A DNA stretch of 48,172 bases, taken from contig JAHFRG010000002.1 in assembly GCA_023258935.1 (NCBI GenBank), positions 1 to 48,172 of the forward strand, read 5' to 3'. Below the pieces are notes generated by a model. It saw only the letters and a program-made list of their open reading frames with translations. It made no database searches and was not told the DNA's origin. Below, piece by piece: positions 9,433 through 19,468 of the stretch. This DNA comes from Betaproteobacteria bacterium. GTDB taxonomy: Bacteria > Pseudomonadota > Gammaproteobacteria > Burkholderiales > JAHFRG01. The number at the start of each line of letters is the position of its first letter. The first letter of the stretch is position 1. The translations under genes and the position numbers were made by a program.

Positions 9433-10416
9433 ATGAAACCCTTAACTTTCGCCGTGCTGCGGATTCTCGCGGATGGCGAATTCCACTCCGGCGAGGATCT
9501 GGCGCACAAGCTCAATATCTCTCGCGCGACCATCTGGAATGCATTAAAAGGGGCTGATGAAGCGGGATTGACCTTGTACAAAATCCGCGGGCGCGGTTAC
9601 CGCCTGGCCGAACCTCTGCAGTGGCTGGATAGAACGAAAATCGCTTCAGCACTGGGCGCTCAGGCAAACAGGTTTAATCTGGAACTAATCGATTGCGCCG
9701 ACTCGACTAATACCTTGCTCATGCAAAAAGCGGCGCTTGGCGCAGTACCTGGCAGCGTGATAGCAGCGGAACTGCAAACGCACGGGCGCGGCAGGCGCGG
9801 CAGAAGCTGGCACTCCAATTTGGGCGGAGCGCTGACTTTTTCCCTGCTATGGCGCTTCAATCAAGGCGTGGGTTTACTTTCCGGCTTAAGCTTGGCGGTG
9901 GGAGTGGCGCTGCTGCGCGCGCTTAAGTCGCTCGGTGTGGATGGTATGGCATTGAAATGGCCTAATGACCTAATGCATCATAATTGCAAGCTTGCCGGCA
10001 TTCTCATCGAAGTGCAGGGGGATGTGCTGGGGCCAAGCTCAGCCGTCATCGGCATCGGCATCAACTTCAAGCTATCGGAACAAGCCAAAAAGCTCATTGG
10101 CCAGCCGGCAACGGATCTGTATTCAATCACTAAGATATTGCCGGAGCGCAATCTGGCACTGGGCTGCATGCTGGGACACCTGGCCCAAGTGTTGAACACT
10201 TTTGCTGTACAGGGATTTGGCGGATTGCGGGCAGAATGGGTAGAACACCATGTTTACCACAATAAAAACGTGAGGATCATGCTTCCCGACAATGCCGCCG
10301 ATGAAGGCATGGTGACAGGTGTGGACAATGAGGGTGCGCTGTTGCTTAAAACACGCGGCGGCGAGCGCCGTTACAGCACTGGGGAAATCAGTCTGCGTGC
10401 GGGGCAAACGGAATGA
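9433..10416 (+). CDS. birA: bifunctional biotin--[acetyl-CoA-carboxylase] ligase / biotin operon repressor
   Basis: N-terminal winged HTH (HSGEDLAHKLNISRATIWNALK) and the biotin-binding loop GRGRRGRSW. Confidence 0.9.
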   Translation: MKPLTFAVLRILADGEFHSGEDLAHKLNISRATIWNALKGADEAGLTLYKIRGRGYRLAEPLQWLDRTKIASALGAQANRFNLELIDCADSTNTLLMQKAALGAVPGSVIAAELQTHGRGRRGRSWHSNLGGALTFSLLWRFNQGVGLLSGLSLAVGVALLRALKSLGVDGMALKWPNDLMHHNCKLAGILIEVQGDVLGPSSAVIGIGINFKLSEQAKKLIGQPATDLYSITKILPERNLALGCMLGHLAQVLNTFAVQGFGGLRAEWVEHHVYHNKNVRIMLPDNAADEGMVTGVDNEGALLLKTRGGERRYSTGEISLRAGQTE

Positions 10417-11138
10417 TACTGGCGATCGACGCGGGCAACAGCCGCATCAAATGGGGCATGCATCATGGCGCTTGGCTCGGTTTGGGGACAACCGCGCATG
10501 CCGAAGTTTACAGTTTGCGCGATGCATGGCAAAACTTGCCAGCGCCCGATTGCATCGTCATAGCCAATGTTGCCGGGGAGAAAGTCGGATCCACATTGCA
10601 ACAGTTGGTTAAAGATTTCCACGTTAAGGTGCATTGGGTCAGCGCGCGCGATTTTCAATGCGGGGTGCGCAATAGCTATATCATGCCTTCGCAACTGGGT
10701 GCTGACCGTTGGGCCGCGGCGATTGCAGCATGGCATTTTTGCCATGAGGCATGTGTGGTGGTGAATGCCGGCACCGCGGTGACGGTTGACGTCTTGTCTG
10801 CCGACGGAGTTTTTTTGGGCGGCTTGATTATTCCGGGCATATCGCTGATGCGCGAGTCACTGGCAAAAAATACCGCAGCTCTTAAGCTTGAGCATGGTGA
10901 ATTCAAACCATTTCCAGTCAATACTGCGGACGCGATAGAAAGCGGAGCCGTGCTGGCCTTATGTGGCGCCGTAGAAAGCATGAGAAGCGCGCTGCGCGCA
11001 GGCAAAGCCCCCCAATGTTTGCTGAGCGGTGGCAGCGCCAAGGATTTGCATCCGCATCTTAAGCCGCCAACCAAAGTGATGGATAATCTGGTGCTGGAAG
11101 GTTTGGTCGTAATCGCTGCAGAGGACGCCGCAAAGTGA
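10413..11138 (+). CDS. coaX: type III pantothenate kinase
   Basis: ILAIDAGNSRIKWG N-terminus and a GADRW motif. ATGA start/stop overlap with birA. Confidence 0.9.
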   Translation: MILAIDAGNSRIKWGMHHGAWLGLGTTAHAEVYSLRDAWQNLPAPDCIVIANVAGEKVGSTLQQLVKDFHVKVHWVSARDFQCGVRNSYIMPSQLGADRWAAAIAAWHFCHEACVVVNAGTAVTVDVLSADGVFLGGLIIPGISLMRESLAKNTAALKLEHGEFKPFPVNTADAIESGAVLALCGAVESMRSALRAGKAPQCLLSGGSAKDLHPHLKPPTKVMDNLVLEGLVVIAAEDAAK

Positions 11139-11830
11139 AATGGATTTTTTACCTGTTGTTGCTCGCCAACGTCGTCTTTTTTGCCTACACTCAACTGGAC
11201 GCAGGCAACGGCAACGCGCAGTATGCGCACCAGCTCAATGTTGACAAAATCAAGCTGCTCAAACCCGGGGAAATGCCGGCTGCGCCGGCTATGAAACCTG
11301 TCGCAAAACTGGAGACAAAGATTACCACGACGGTGGCCAAGCCCGTAGTTTGCTTGGAATGGGGAAGCTTTGCCGGTGAAGAACAAGCGCGCGCGCAGCA
11401 GACTCTGGACAAACTGCAACTGGGAGCAAAACTCGGGAGCCGGGCAGTGGAGGAAGGCACAACCTACTGGGTTTATATCCCGCCGCTCGGGAGCAAGAAA
11501 GACGCGGAAAAGAAAATATCCGAGATCAAGGCGAGCGGCGTAACTGAATATTTTCTGGTGCAGGACGGACAATGGAAGAACGCGATCTCGCTTAACCTGT
11601 TCAAAAACGAAGACCTGGCGCGGAAATATCTCGCTGAACTTCAGACAAAAGGAGTGAAGTCGGCTGTCATCGGAGAGCGAGGTCACCAAGGCAAGCGAAC
11701 TTCGTTCCAGATTCGCGACGCGGGGGGCGAACTGGCAAACAAGCTTGCAGAATTACAGCGAGATTTTCCCGGCAGCGAGTTGAAGGCAGTGGACTGTCCA
11801 AACCCCGAAAGCACCAGCGCATCGCGCTAA
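11135..11830 (+). CDS. SPOR-domain (peptidoglycan-binding) membrane protein
   Basis: GTG start overlapping the coaX stop (GTGA). It has an N-terminal TM (WIFYLLLLANVVFFAY) and two SPOR-like modules (e.g. WVYIPPLGSKKDAEKKISEIKASGV...ISLNLFKNEDLARKYLAELQTKG). Confidence 0.7.
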   Translation: MKWIFYLLLLANVVFFAYTQLDAGNGNAQYAHQLNVDKIKLLKPGEMPAAPAMKPVAKLETKITTTVAKPVVCLEWGSFAGEEQARAQQTLDKLQLGAKLGSRAVEEGTTYWVYIPPLGSKKDAEKKISEIKASGVTEYFLVQDGQWKNAISLNLFKNEDLARKYLAELQTKGVKSAVIGERGHQGKRTSFQIRDAGGELANKLAELQRDFPGSELKAVDCPNPESTSASR

Positions 11831-11839
11831 AGAGGTTCT

Positions 11840-13207
11840 CTAAGGAAACAATTTCCCGGGATTGAGGATATTGTTGGGGTCAAAGACACGCTTGATGTCT
11901 TGCATCAAGGCCATTGTGGGCGCGTCGATTTCTCTTGCCACAAAGGCACGCTTCTCACTTCCCACTCCATGCTCACCGGAGAGCGTGCCGTTCAGCCTCA
12001 GCACCAGATCGAATACTTCGCTCAAGCAGGATTCCGCGCGCCGCATCTGCTCCGCATCGCCGGGGTCCACCAGCAGGTTGACGTGAATATTGCCGTTGCC
12101 GGCGTGGCCGAAATTGACGTTGGCAACTTTATATTGTTTGCTCAGGCTGGATAGTCCTTGCAGCAACTCAGGCAACTTTGACACCGGCACCACAATATCC
12201 TCGTTGATTTTTTTCGGCGCGATGTCGCGCAAAAGCGGCGCCAGTGCCTTGCGCGCCGCCCATAAGGCCTTGGCATCGCTCACCGCCTGCGCTTTCAGCA
12301 AGCCGGAGTTGCTGCACGCGGGCAATATTGCTTCCCGCGCTGCCGCGACTTCATTTTGCGAACCGTCCACCTCAATTATCAACATGGCACAGGTGTTATC
12401 AGGCAGCAGGTGTGGATGATGAGCGCGAATCAGTTCCAGTGAACCCGCGTCCAGAAATTCCAGCGCACTTGGCATCTCGGGCTGGGACATGATGGCGATA
12501 ATTGCCTGCGCGCAGCTCGCAGCGTCGCGATAGTGGGCGGTGATGCCTTCCGCGAAAGCAGGTAACGGGCTGAGCTTTAACGTGGCCTCGGTAATGATGG
12601 CCAGCGTGCCTTCGGAACCGATGATAAGCCGGGTGAGATCGTAGCCCACCACGCCCTTGGTGGTGTAGCAGCCGGTTTTAATCGCTTCCCCCGTGCCGGT
12701 GACCGCTTTTAATCCCAGCACATGATCACGTGCCGTGCCGTATTTCACGGCATGCGGACCGCCGGCGCCGGTTGCAAGGTTGCCGCCGATGCTGCAATAC
12801 GCGGCGCTGGATGGATCCGGCGGCCAGAAAAATCCGTGCGTTTTTACTGCGTCCTGCACTTCCTGGTTAAGCACACCCGGCTCGGCGACGATCACCCGGT
12901 TTGCGGAGTCAATGGACAGAATACGGCGCATGCGTTCCAGCGAAAGCGCCACGCCGCCTTGCTCGGGCAGGCTGCCGCCCGAAGTGCCGGTGCCGCGCCC
13001 GCGTGCAGTGACCGGGACCTTGTATTCGTTGCACATCCCGACGATAGCCTGCACTTGTGCCGCATCAGTGGGGAATGCCACGGCTTCAGGCGGGAAAATC
13101 TTGCGGGTGTTATCGTAGGAATACGCGTAACAGTCCACCGGGTCGGTGTACAGATTTTGCGCGGGCAGGACCTGCTGCAGACGGCTCGAAAATTCTCTGG
13201 GAAGCAT
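11840..13207 (-). CDS. FAD-linked oxidase, GlcD / D-lactate dehydrogenase family
   Basis: 455-aa ORF with an FAD-binding PCMH-type N-terminal half (VTARGRGTGTSGGSLP) and the C-terminal GTLSGEHGVG...DPNNILNPGK motif. Confidence 0.85.
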   Translation of the reverse strand: MLPREFSSRLQQVLPAQNLYTDPVDCYAYSYDNTRKIFPPEAVAFPTDAAQVQAIVGMCNEYKVPVTARGRGTGTSGGSLPEQGGVALSLERMRRILSIDSANRVIVAEPGVLNQEVQDAVKTHGFFWPPDPSSAAYCSIGGNLATGAGGPHAVKYGTARDHVLGLKAVTGTGEAIKTGCYTTKGVVGYDLTRLIIGSEGTLAIITEATLKLSPLPAFAEGITAHYRDAASCAQAIIAIMSQPEMPSALEFLDAGSLELIRAHHPHLLPDNTCAMLIIEVDGSQNEVAAAREAILPACSNSGLLKAQAVSDAKALWAARKALAPLLRDIAPKKINEDIVVPVSKLPELLQGLSSLSKQYKVANVNFGHAGNGNIHVNLLVDPGDAEQMRRAESCLSEVFDLVLRLNGTLSGEHGVGSEKRAFVAREIDAPTMALMQDIKRVFDPNNILNPGKLFP

Positions 13208-13372
13208 TGAAAAAGTTAGAATCCGGTTGACAAAAGAGAATTATAGCAAGGAGAGAAGTTTGCCCCGGCAACTCGCAGCAGGCTAAACTTTGACTTTCGG
13301 CATATATAATCAGAGGTTCCTTAACTCTAAAAATGTTTTATACTTAGCTACAAGTCATCAAGGAAAAAAGTT

Positions 13373-13510
13373 ATGTTACTCGCGACATTCTACATTTTGG
13401 CGATCACGCTGATTATTCTGCACTACACCGGATGGCTGGCGAAGCATAATCTGGAATGGCTGTTATATGTCATGGCGCTTACGGTGTTCCCCGCGGTGCT
13501 TTGGCTGTAG
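13373..13510 (+). CDS. candidate 45-aa two-TM small membrane protein (below the ORF-track cutoff)
   Basis: ATG 13373 is preceded by AGGA (13361-13364). The translation is MLLATFYILAITLIILHYTGWLAKHNLEWLLYVMALTVFPAVLWL. A hairpin plus T-run follows at 13522-13550. Confidence 0.4.
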   Translation: MLLATFYILAITLIILHYTGWLAKHNLEWLLYVMALTVFPAVLWL

Positions 13511-13521
13511 CAGGATTGTCT

Positions 13522-13550
13522 TGAGGCGAGATCACGCCTCACGAATTTTT
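13522..13550 (+). terminator. candidate intrinsic terminator for the small ORF (overlaps the rfaE2 stop codon)
   Basis: TGAGGCG (13522-13528), loop AGATCA, CGCCTCA (13535-13541), then CGAATTTTT. No T-run follows on the opposite strand. Confidence 0.4.
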
Positions 13551-14017
13551 GCAAGCAGCGCGGTCGTTGACCTTTCGTAGGTAAAAGGAAGCGAATACAC
13601 CTTTCCGCCCCAGCCTGAAACCTCCTTCGCCCCCACGATATTTTCCACTTTCCAGTCCCCGCCTTTTACCAAAATATCCGGACTGCAAGAGAGAATCAAA
13701 GCCAGCGGCGTATCCTCATCGAACCAGGTGACCAGGCTTACCGACCCCAGGGCCGCCACCACAGCCATGCGGTCTTGCAGGCTGTTTAACGGCCGGCCGC
13801 TCCCTTTGTTGAGGCGCTTGACCGAAGCATCCGAATTGACTCCGACGATGAGACTTGCGCCTAATGCTCGCGCTTGGGCGAGGTAAGTGACATGACCGCG
13901 GTGCAGGAGCTCGAAACAGCCATTGGTGAACACTCGTGGCCGGGGCAGAGTTTTGAGACGCGTCGCGAGGAGACCGGGCTCGCACAGCTTGTGTTCGAAA
14001 TCAGGGGCAGGGTACAT
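13532..14017 (-). CDS. rfaE2: D-glycero-beta-D-manno-heptose 1-phosphate adenylyltransferase (stand-alone HldE domain II)
   Basis: 161-aa cytidylyltransferase-fold ORF with FTNGCFELLHRGHVTYL (the HxGH motif). Confidence 0.85.
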   Translation of the reverse strand: MYPAPDFEHKLCEPGLLATRLKTLPRPRVFTNGCFELLHRGHVTYLAQARALGASLIVGVNSDASVKRLNKGSGRPLNSLQDRMAVVAALGSVSLVTWFDEDTPLALILSCSPDILVKGGDWKVENIVGAKEVSGWGGKVYSLPFTYERSTTALLAKIREA

Positions 14018-14150
14018 GGCTTTTAGATTTCTGAGTGTATCACGCCCCGGCGAGTTCTCTGCGCTAGCGGTTGAGTTCCCGCCTTAAGGAAGGTGCTGTC
14101 GAACAGGAAGGAAGAAAGCAAAAAAATAAAAAGGGATCTATTCAAACTAC

Positions 14151-15343
<1,193 letters not shown>

Positions 15344-15392
15344 TTATCTTCCCTGTTGGCTAGTCGGTGACGTATTGTGCGGCATATTTCGG

Positions 15393-15743
15393 CTATTCTC
15401 CAAACGCGTTTTTTATCCACTGTATATCCCGCTCGCTCATTCCGCTTAGCAATACCGCGTCAAAGCGGCAGTGCGGAGTTTTTTTGCTGGAAGCTAGGTA
15501 GTGCCGCGATGCTTTAAGCAATTTCTTTCGCTTTTGAGCGGTGATGCTCGCTGCGGCGCCGCCGAAATTGCCGCTCGTGCGCAACCGAACTTCCGCGAAC
15601 ACCAGCGTATCCCCATCCCGCAGGATGAGATCTATTTCTCCGAAGCGGCAGCGGTAATTGGTTTCCAGCAGCTTAAGACCATGGCTTTGCAGAAAGGTTG
15701 CGGCAACGCGTTCAGCTGCTGTTCCTTCAGCGTTTCGGTTCAT
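15393..15743 (-). CDS. yraN: YraN family (UPF0102) endonuclease-like protein
   Basis: 116-aa ORF with GEIDLILRDGDTLVFAEVRLR, the PD-(D/E)xK-like core of UPF0102. Confidence 0.85.
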   Translation of the reverse strand: MNRNAEGTAAERVAATFLQSHGLKLLETNYRCRFGEIDLILRDGDTLVFAEVRLRTSGNFGGAAASITAQKRKKLLKASRHYLASSKKTPHCRFDAVLLSGMSERDIQWIKNAFGE

Positions 15744-16869
15744 ACAGCACTACGGCCTGGCCCTGATAAAAAATCGCTGGGGTGAGTTCACGTACAAACT
15801 GGTGCTTGGGGTTGAGGCTGATCTGCCCGGTCACGCCATCCAAGACATAATCGGAATAGGGGCCGATAGCAGACAAATCCTGGACGATGCGGAAAGCGTC
15901 TATGCCCAGTGCGTAAAGCCGCTCCAGGTCTATGATTACAGCGTTTTTCGGGCGAGGATAGATCATTACCGCAGTATGATCGGATTGTAACAGCCAAGGC
16001 ATATCCACGAAACGTATGCCATTGAGATCTAAATTCAAAGTCCCCTGACCGTTTCCGCTGAAAATTTGCGAGGTGGCGTAGATGTTCATGTTCAAGTCGA
16101 TATAAGGCCGGACTTGCCGCGCATTTTTAGCGTCAAGCGCGAGGAAAATCATATCAGTGCCGCTGATTTCCACCGCTTGCTTAAGAGTCAACAAGCCGCC
16201 CTGCTCGCCGGTAAATAAGAACTGACTCAGGATAACACCGCCCAGCCTTTGCCATTCTTCGGCAAAGGCCTGTTGCATGCGCTTGTCAAGCAGCGTGTCG
16301 GCGCCGATGATGAGCGCCTTGCGTTTACCCTCCTGCCAAGCCAGCATGGCGATCTGTCTTGCTTCATTCTCAACTTGCAGACTGAAAGTAAACATATAGG
16401 CTGGCAATACCGCTAAATCTTCCGGCACATTGAGTGCGAGAGTGGGAACGCGCACCATACCGCTGGCGGCTACTGCGGAAACGCCATCCCGGGTGAGAGG
16501 CCCTACTACAACTTGCGCTCCGGCGGTAAGCGCAAGTTGGTAGGCTGCCAGAATTTCATCGGTTTGCTCGGTTGTGGCATAAGTTTTCACCGGCAGTCGG
16601 CTGCCACCATGTTTGCTGGCGGCGGCGATGAAGCCCTGACGGGTAATTTCTGCCGCGGTTCCAAAAGACTCGGATTTAAGAGGCAGGATTAAAGCAATAT
16701 GCGGCTTGGGCGGATTGGCTTGAGGGTTGGTATCGCCGGACATGGCTGGCGCGGCCTGTCCTGCTGACGGCGCCGCGTTTTCGGCGCGGGTGGCAAATGT
16801 TGTGGCGCAACCGTATAGTATCGCCAACAGCGTCAGCAGAAAGGCCGGCAAGCGTTGCATCGAATACAC
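15727..16869 (-). CDS. lpoA: penicillin-binding protein activator LpoA-like lipoprotein (periplasmic-binding-protein fold)
   Basis: Lipoprotein signal LLTLLAILYGC. The position is divergent from rsmI and upstream of yraN, as for E. coli yraM. The start may be the ATG at 16860. Confidence 0.7.
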   Translation of the reverse strand: MYSMQRLPAFLLTLLAILYGCATTFATRAENAAPSAGQAAPAMSGDTNPQANPPKPHIALILPLKSESFGTAAEITRQGFIAAASKHGGSRLPVKTYATTEQTDEILAAYQLALTAGAQVVVGPLTRDGVSAVAASGMVRVPTLALNVPEDLAVLPAYMFTFSLQVENEARQIAMLAWQEGKRKALIIGADTLLDKRMQQAFAEEWQRLGGVILSQFLFTGEQGGLLTLKQAVEISGTDMIFLALDAKNARQVRPYIDLNMNIYATSQIFSGNGQGTLNLDLNGIRFVDMPWLLQSDHTAVMIYPRPKNAVIIDLERLYALGIDAFRIVQDLSAIGPYSDYVLDGVTGQISLNPKHQFVRELTPAIFYQGQAVVLYEPKR

Positions 16870-17715
16870 AATAAAACGGGTAAGCCACTATTATATGTAG
16901 TTGCTACCCCGATTGGAAATTTGCAGGACATCAGCCTGCGCGCTCTGGAAGTATTGAAACAGGTGGATGTTGTGGCTGCAGAAGACACCCGCATCACTTC
17001 GCGCCTGCTCAAGCATTTTGAGATTTCTGCAACACTGATGGCCTTGCATGAGCATAACGAGAGGCGCGCTGCTGAAAGGGTCATTGCGCTATTGCAGCAG
17101 GGGAAATCAGTCGCGCTGGTGAGCGATGCGGGAACACCGGCAATCAGTGATCCTGGTGCCATCGTAGTAAGCCGGGTGCGGGACGCGGGTTTTCGCGTAG
17201 TTCCTGTGCCGGGGGCTAATGCCGCCGTGACTGCGCTGTCGGTTTCCGGGCAGGAAGCGCCGCATTTTCTGTTTTACGGATTTTTGCCCAACAAACCCTC
17301 GGCGCGCCGGCGCGAGCTGGAAAATCTTAAAACCCTGCCTTATACGCTGATTTTTTACGAGGCGCCGCACCGTATCGTGGATTGCATCACCGACATGCAG
17401 GCGGTATTTGGCGGCGAGCACAGCGTCACAATCGCGCGCGAACTCACCAAATTATTCGAGAATATTTACAGCGGCAGTCTGAGTGCGGCGCTCGAGTGGT
17501 TGAGCCAGGATGAAAATCAGCAGAAAGGCGAGTTCGTTTTGCTGGTTTCCGGCGCCGAGAAGCAACCCGCTTCCTCCTACGATGTACTACTCATTTTAAC
17601 CACGTTGCTGCAAGAGCTGCCGCTCAAGCAGGCGGTGAAACTCACAGCACAAATCAGCGGCGAGAACAGGAAAACACTATATGCTATGGCCCTGCAAATC
17701 AAAGGGAAACGTTGA
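16855..17715 (+). CDS. rsmI: 16S rRNA (cytidine1402-2'-O)-methyltransferase
   Basis: LYVVATPIGNLQDISLRALEVLKQVDVVAAEDTR N-terminus, typical of the tetrapyrrole-methylase-fold RsmI. Confidence 0.9.
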   Translation: MHRIHNKTGKPLLYVVATPIGNLQDISLRALEVLKQVDVVAAEDTRITSRLLKHFEISATLMALHEHNERRAAERVIALLQQGKSVALVSDAGTPAISDPGAIVVSRVRDAGFRVVPVPGANAAVTALSVSGQEAPHFLFYGFLPNKPSARRRELENLKTLPYTLIFYEAPHRIVDCITDMQAVFGGEHSVTIARELTKLFENIYSGSLSAALEWLSQDENQQKGEFVLLVSGAEKQPASSYDVLLILTTLLQELPLKQAVKLTAQISGENRKTLYAMALQIKGKR

Positions 17716-17752
17716 AGGTATAATGCAAAATCAAAATAAAAGGATTGTGTAA

Positions 17753-18784
17753 TTGCAGCGAATAACTTTTACCCGACCGGACGATTGGCACGTACATCTG
17801 CGTGACGGCGACGAAATGCGCACCGTAGTTGCAGACACCGCACGGCGCTTTGCACGTGCCATCATCATGCCCAATCTCACACCGCCGGTTACCACCACCA
17901 AAATGGCGATGGCTTACCGCAGCCGTATTCTCGCCGCGCTTCCTAAGCGAACGAAGTTCGAGCCTTTGATGACCCTGTTTTTGACTGGCAAAACCGGCCC
18001 GCAGGAGATTGTCAAAGCCAAACAAAGCGGTTTTGTTCACGGCGTGAAGTATTACCCTGCCGGTGCAACCACTCATTCCGATTCCGGCGTCACCGATCTT
18101 AACAAATGCTTCGGCGCGCTGGAAGAAATGCAGAAGCTAGACATGCCTCTTTTAGTGCACGGCGAAGTGACCAATCCTGACGTGGATATGTTCGACCGGG
18201 AGAAAGTCTTCATCGAGCGCGTGCTGTCGCAGATCACGCAACGCTATCCTCGACTGCGCATCGTGTTCGAGCATATCACCACACGCGAGGCGGTGGAGTA
18301 TGTAACAAGCGCACCGGACAATATCGCCGCAACGATTACCGTGCACCATTTGCTGCTTAATCGCAACGCGATGTTTTCCGGCGGTCTCTGCCCTCATCAC
18401 TATTGCCTGCCGGTATTAAAGCGAGAACTGCACCGGCAAGCCCTCATCAAGGCGGCAACAAGCGGCAACCCTAAATTTTTCCTTGGCAGCGACAGCGCAC
18501 CGCATACAAAAAACGCCAAACAAGCAGGATGCGGTTGTGCGGGCATTTATACCGCGCATGCTGCTATTGAGTTATACACGGAAGCCTTTGAACAAGCCGG
18601 GGCACTGGATAAACTTGAAGCATTCGCGAGTTTCCACGGTGGTAATTTTTACCGGCTGCCGCGTAACACCGACAAAATTACCCTTGCCCGGCGCAGCTGG
18701 AAAGTGCCCCGCACGCTGCGTTTCGGAAAAGAGAGCCTCGTTCCCTTGCGAGCGGGCGAAGTCGTCGGCTGGCAATTGGTCTAA
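17753..18784 (+). CDS. pyrC: dihydroorotase (homodimeric type)
   Basis: [12 protein letters not shown] metal-binding motif and KYYPAGATT. The start is TTG, with AAGGA upstream. Confidence 0.9.
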   Translation: MQRITFTRPDDWHVHLRDGDEMRTVVADTARRFARAIIMPNLTPPVTTTKMAMAYRSRILAALPKRTKFEPLMTLFLTGKTGPQEIVKAKQSGFVHGVKYYPAGATTHSDSGVTDLNKCFGALEEMQKLDMPLLVHGEVTNPDVDMFDREKVFIERVLSQITQRYPRLRIVFEHITTREAVEYVTSAPDNIAATITVHHLLLNRNAMFSGGLCPHHYCLPVLKRELHRQALIKAATSGNPKFFLGSDSAPHTKNAKQAGCGCAGIYTAHAAIELYTEAFEQAGALDKLEAFASFHGGNFYRLPRNTDKITLARRSWKVPRTLRFGKESLVPLRAGEVVGWQLV

Positions 18785-18806
18785 TAAAAGTGCGTTTGAT
18801 AGTAAC

Positions 18807-18836
18807 AAGCCCCGCGTAATGCGGGGCTTTGTTTTC
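18807..18836 (+). terminator. rho-independent terminator after pyrC
   Basis: AAGCCCCGC (18807-18815), loop GTAAT, GCGGGGCTT (18821-18829), then TGTTTTC. Confidence 0.75.
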
Positions 18837-18866
18837 GAGTTAGTTAACGTGCAGGATTGAGTCAGG

Positions 18867-18875
18867 TGATATAAT
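18867..18875 (+). promoter_or_regulatory. extended -10 element (TGaTATAAT) of the rnpB promoter
   Basis: TG at 18867-18868 and TATAAT at 18870-18875, ending 8 nt before the predicted mature 5' end GAAGCUGG at 18884. There is no good -35. Confidence 0.5.
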
Positions 18876-18883
18876 TTATTTGT

Positions 18884-19211
18884 GAAGCTGGCCAGACAGT
18901 CGCTGTACGTATTTTCTATACGTATAGAGGAAAGTCCGGGCTCCGCAGAGCAGGATGCCGGCTAACGGCCGGACGCCGTGAGGTGATGAACAGGGCCACA
19001 GAGACGAGTCGCAGCCGTGCGCTAGATGCGCCGCTGCGGGTGAAACGCGGCGACCTCCATCCGGAGCAAGACCAAGTAGGGAAGCGTTGACGCGGCTCGC
19101 GTAGCTTCCGGGTAGGTTGCTTGAGCGTGCGAGTAATCGTCCGCCTAGAGGAATGACTGTCATAGGGACCCAAATCCCTAACAGAACCCGGCTTATCGGC
19201 CAGCTTCTCTC
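18884..19211 (+). ncRNA. rnpB: RNase P RNA, bacterial type A
   Basis: The 5' GAAGCTGGCCAGACAGTCGC pairs with the 3' ACAGAACCCGGCTTATCGGCCAGCTTC (P1). The universally conserved GAGGAAAGTCCGGGCTCC (P4 strand) and GGTAGGTTGCTTGAGC are present. The sequence is colinear with E. coli M1 RNA. End coordinates are accurate to within a few nt. Confidence 0.9.
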
Positions 19212-19381
19212 CATTTCCCCGTTCTTTCTTTATTTCATCAGGATTCTCACGTTTACGCAGTCGTTCCTTACCTCTTCTCGCAATTCTCATCTATCTAATT
19301 ATTTATAAAGGAGAATTGTATGAAGTGTGAAAAATATCACTTAAGTATTTGTCGCAAATAAGAAAAGGCTTGAGTTTATGC

Positions 19382-19410
19382 TTGACCTTGACTTTTTTTT
19401 ATTCTAGAGT
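19382..19410 (+). promoter_or_regulatory. candidate Pmra promoter of the dcw cluster
   Basis: TTGACC (19382-19387), a 17-nt spacer, then TAGAGT (19405-19410), about 60 nt upstream of mraZ. Confidence 0.4.
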
Positions 19411-19444
19411 GGGAAATAGTAGTAAAACATGGGTTTCATTGTAA
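19410..19444 (+). promoter_or_regulatory. candidate MraZ operator (TGGGN-type pentamers at 10-bp phasing)
   Basis: TGGGA (19410), TAGTA (19420), TGGGT (19430) and TGTAA (19440), each followed by a 5-nt spacer. The E. coli MraZ operator is a series of TGGGN repeats with 5-nt spacers just downstream of Pmra. Only two of the four units here are canonical. Confidence 0.35.
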
Positions 19445-19468
19445 AATCCGAATCCTACTGGGGGGAGA

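Noticed and set aside
10676-11689. 337-aa ORF on the minus strand, antisense to coaX and the SPOR gene
   Set aside because: It lies entirely opposite two well-supported genes with clear motifs. The protein is low-complexity (S/A/L/R-rich) with no recognisable domain. This is the typical shadow ORF of a moderately GC-rich genome.
17719-17724. TATAAT hexamer upstream of pyrC as a promoter
   Set aside because: I found no acceptable -35 or TG extension at the right spacing (the nearest TTGCAA-like hexamer is 21 nt away). A lone hexamer in an AT-rich stretch is too weak to report.
18876-19290. 112-aa and 124-aa minus-strand ORFs
   Set aside because: They overlap the RNase P RNA gene, whose conserved P1/P4 sequence elements are unmistakable on the + strand.
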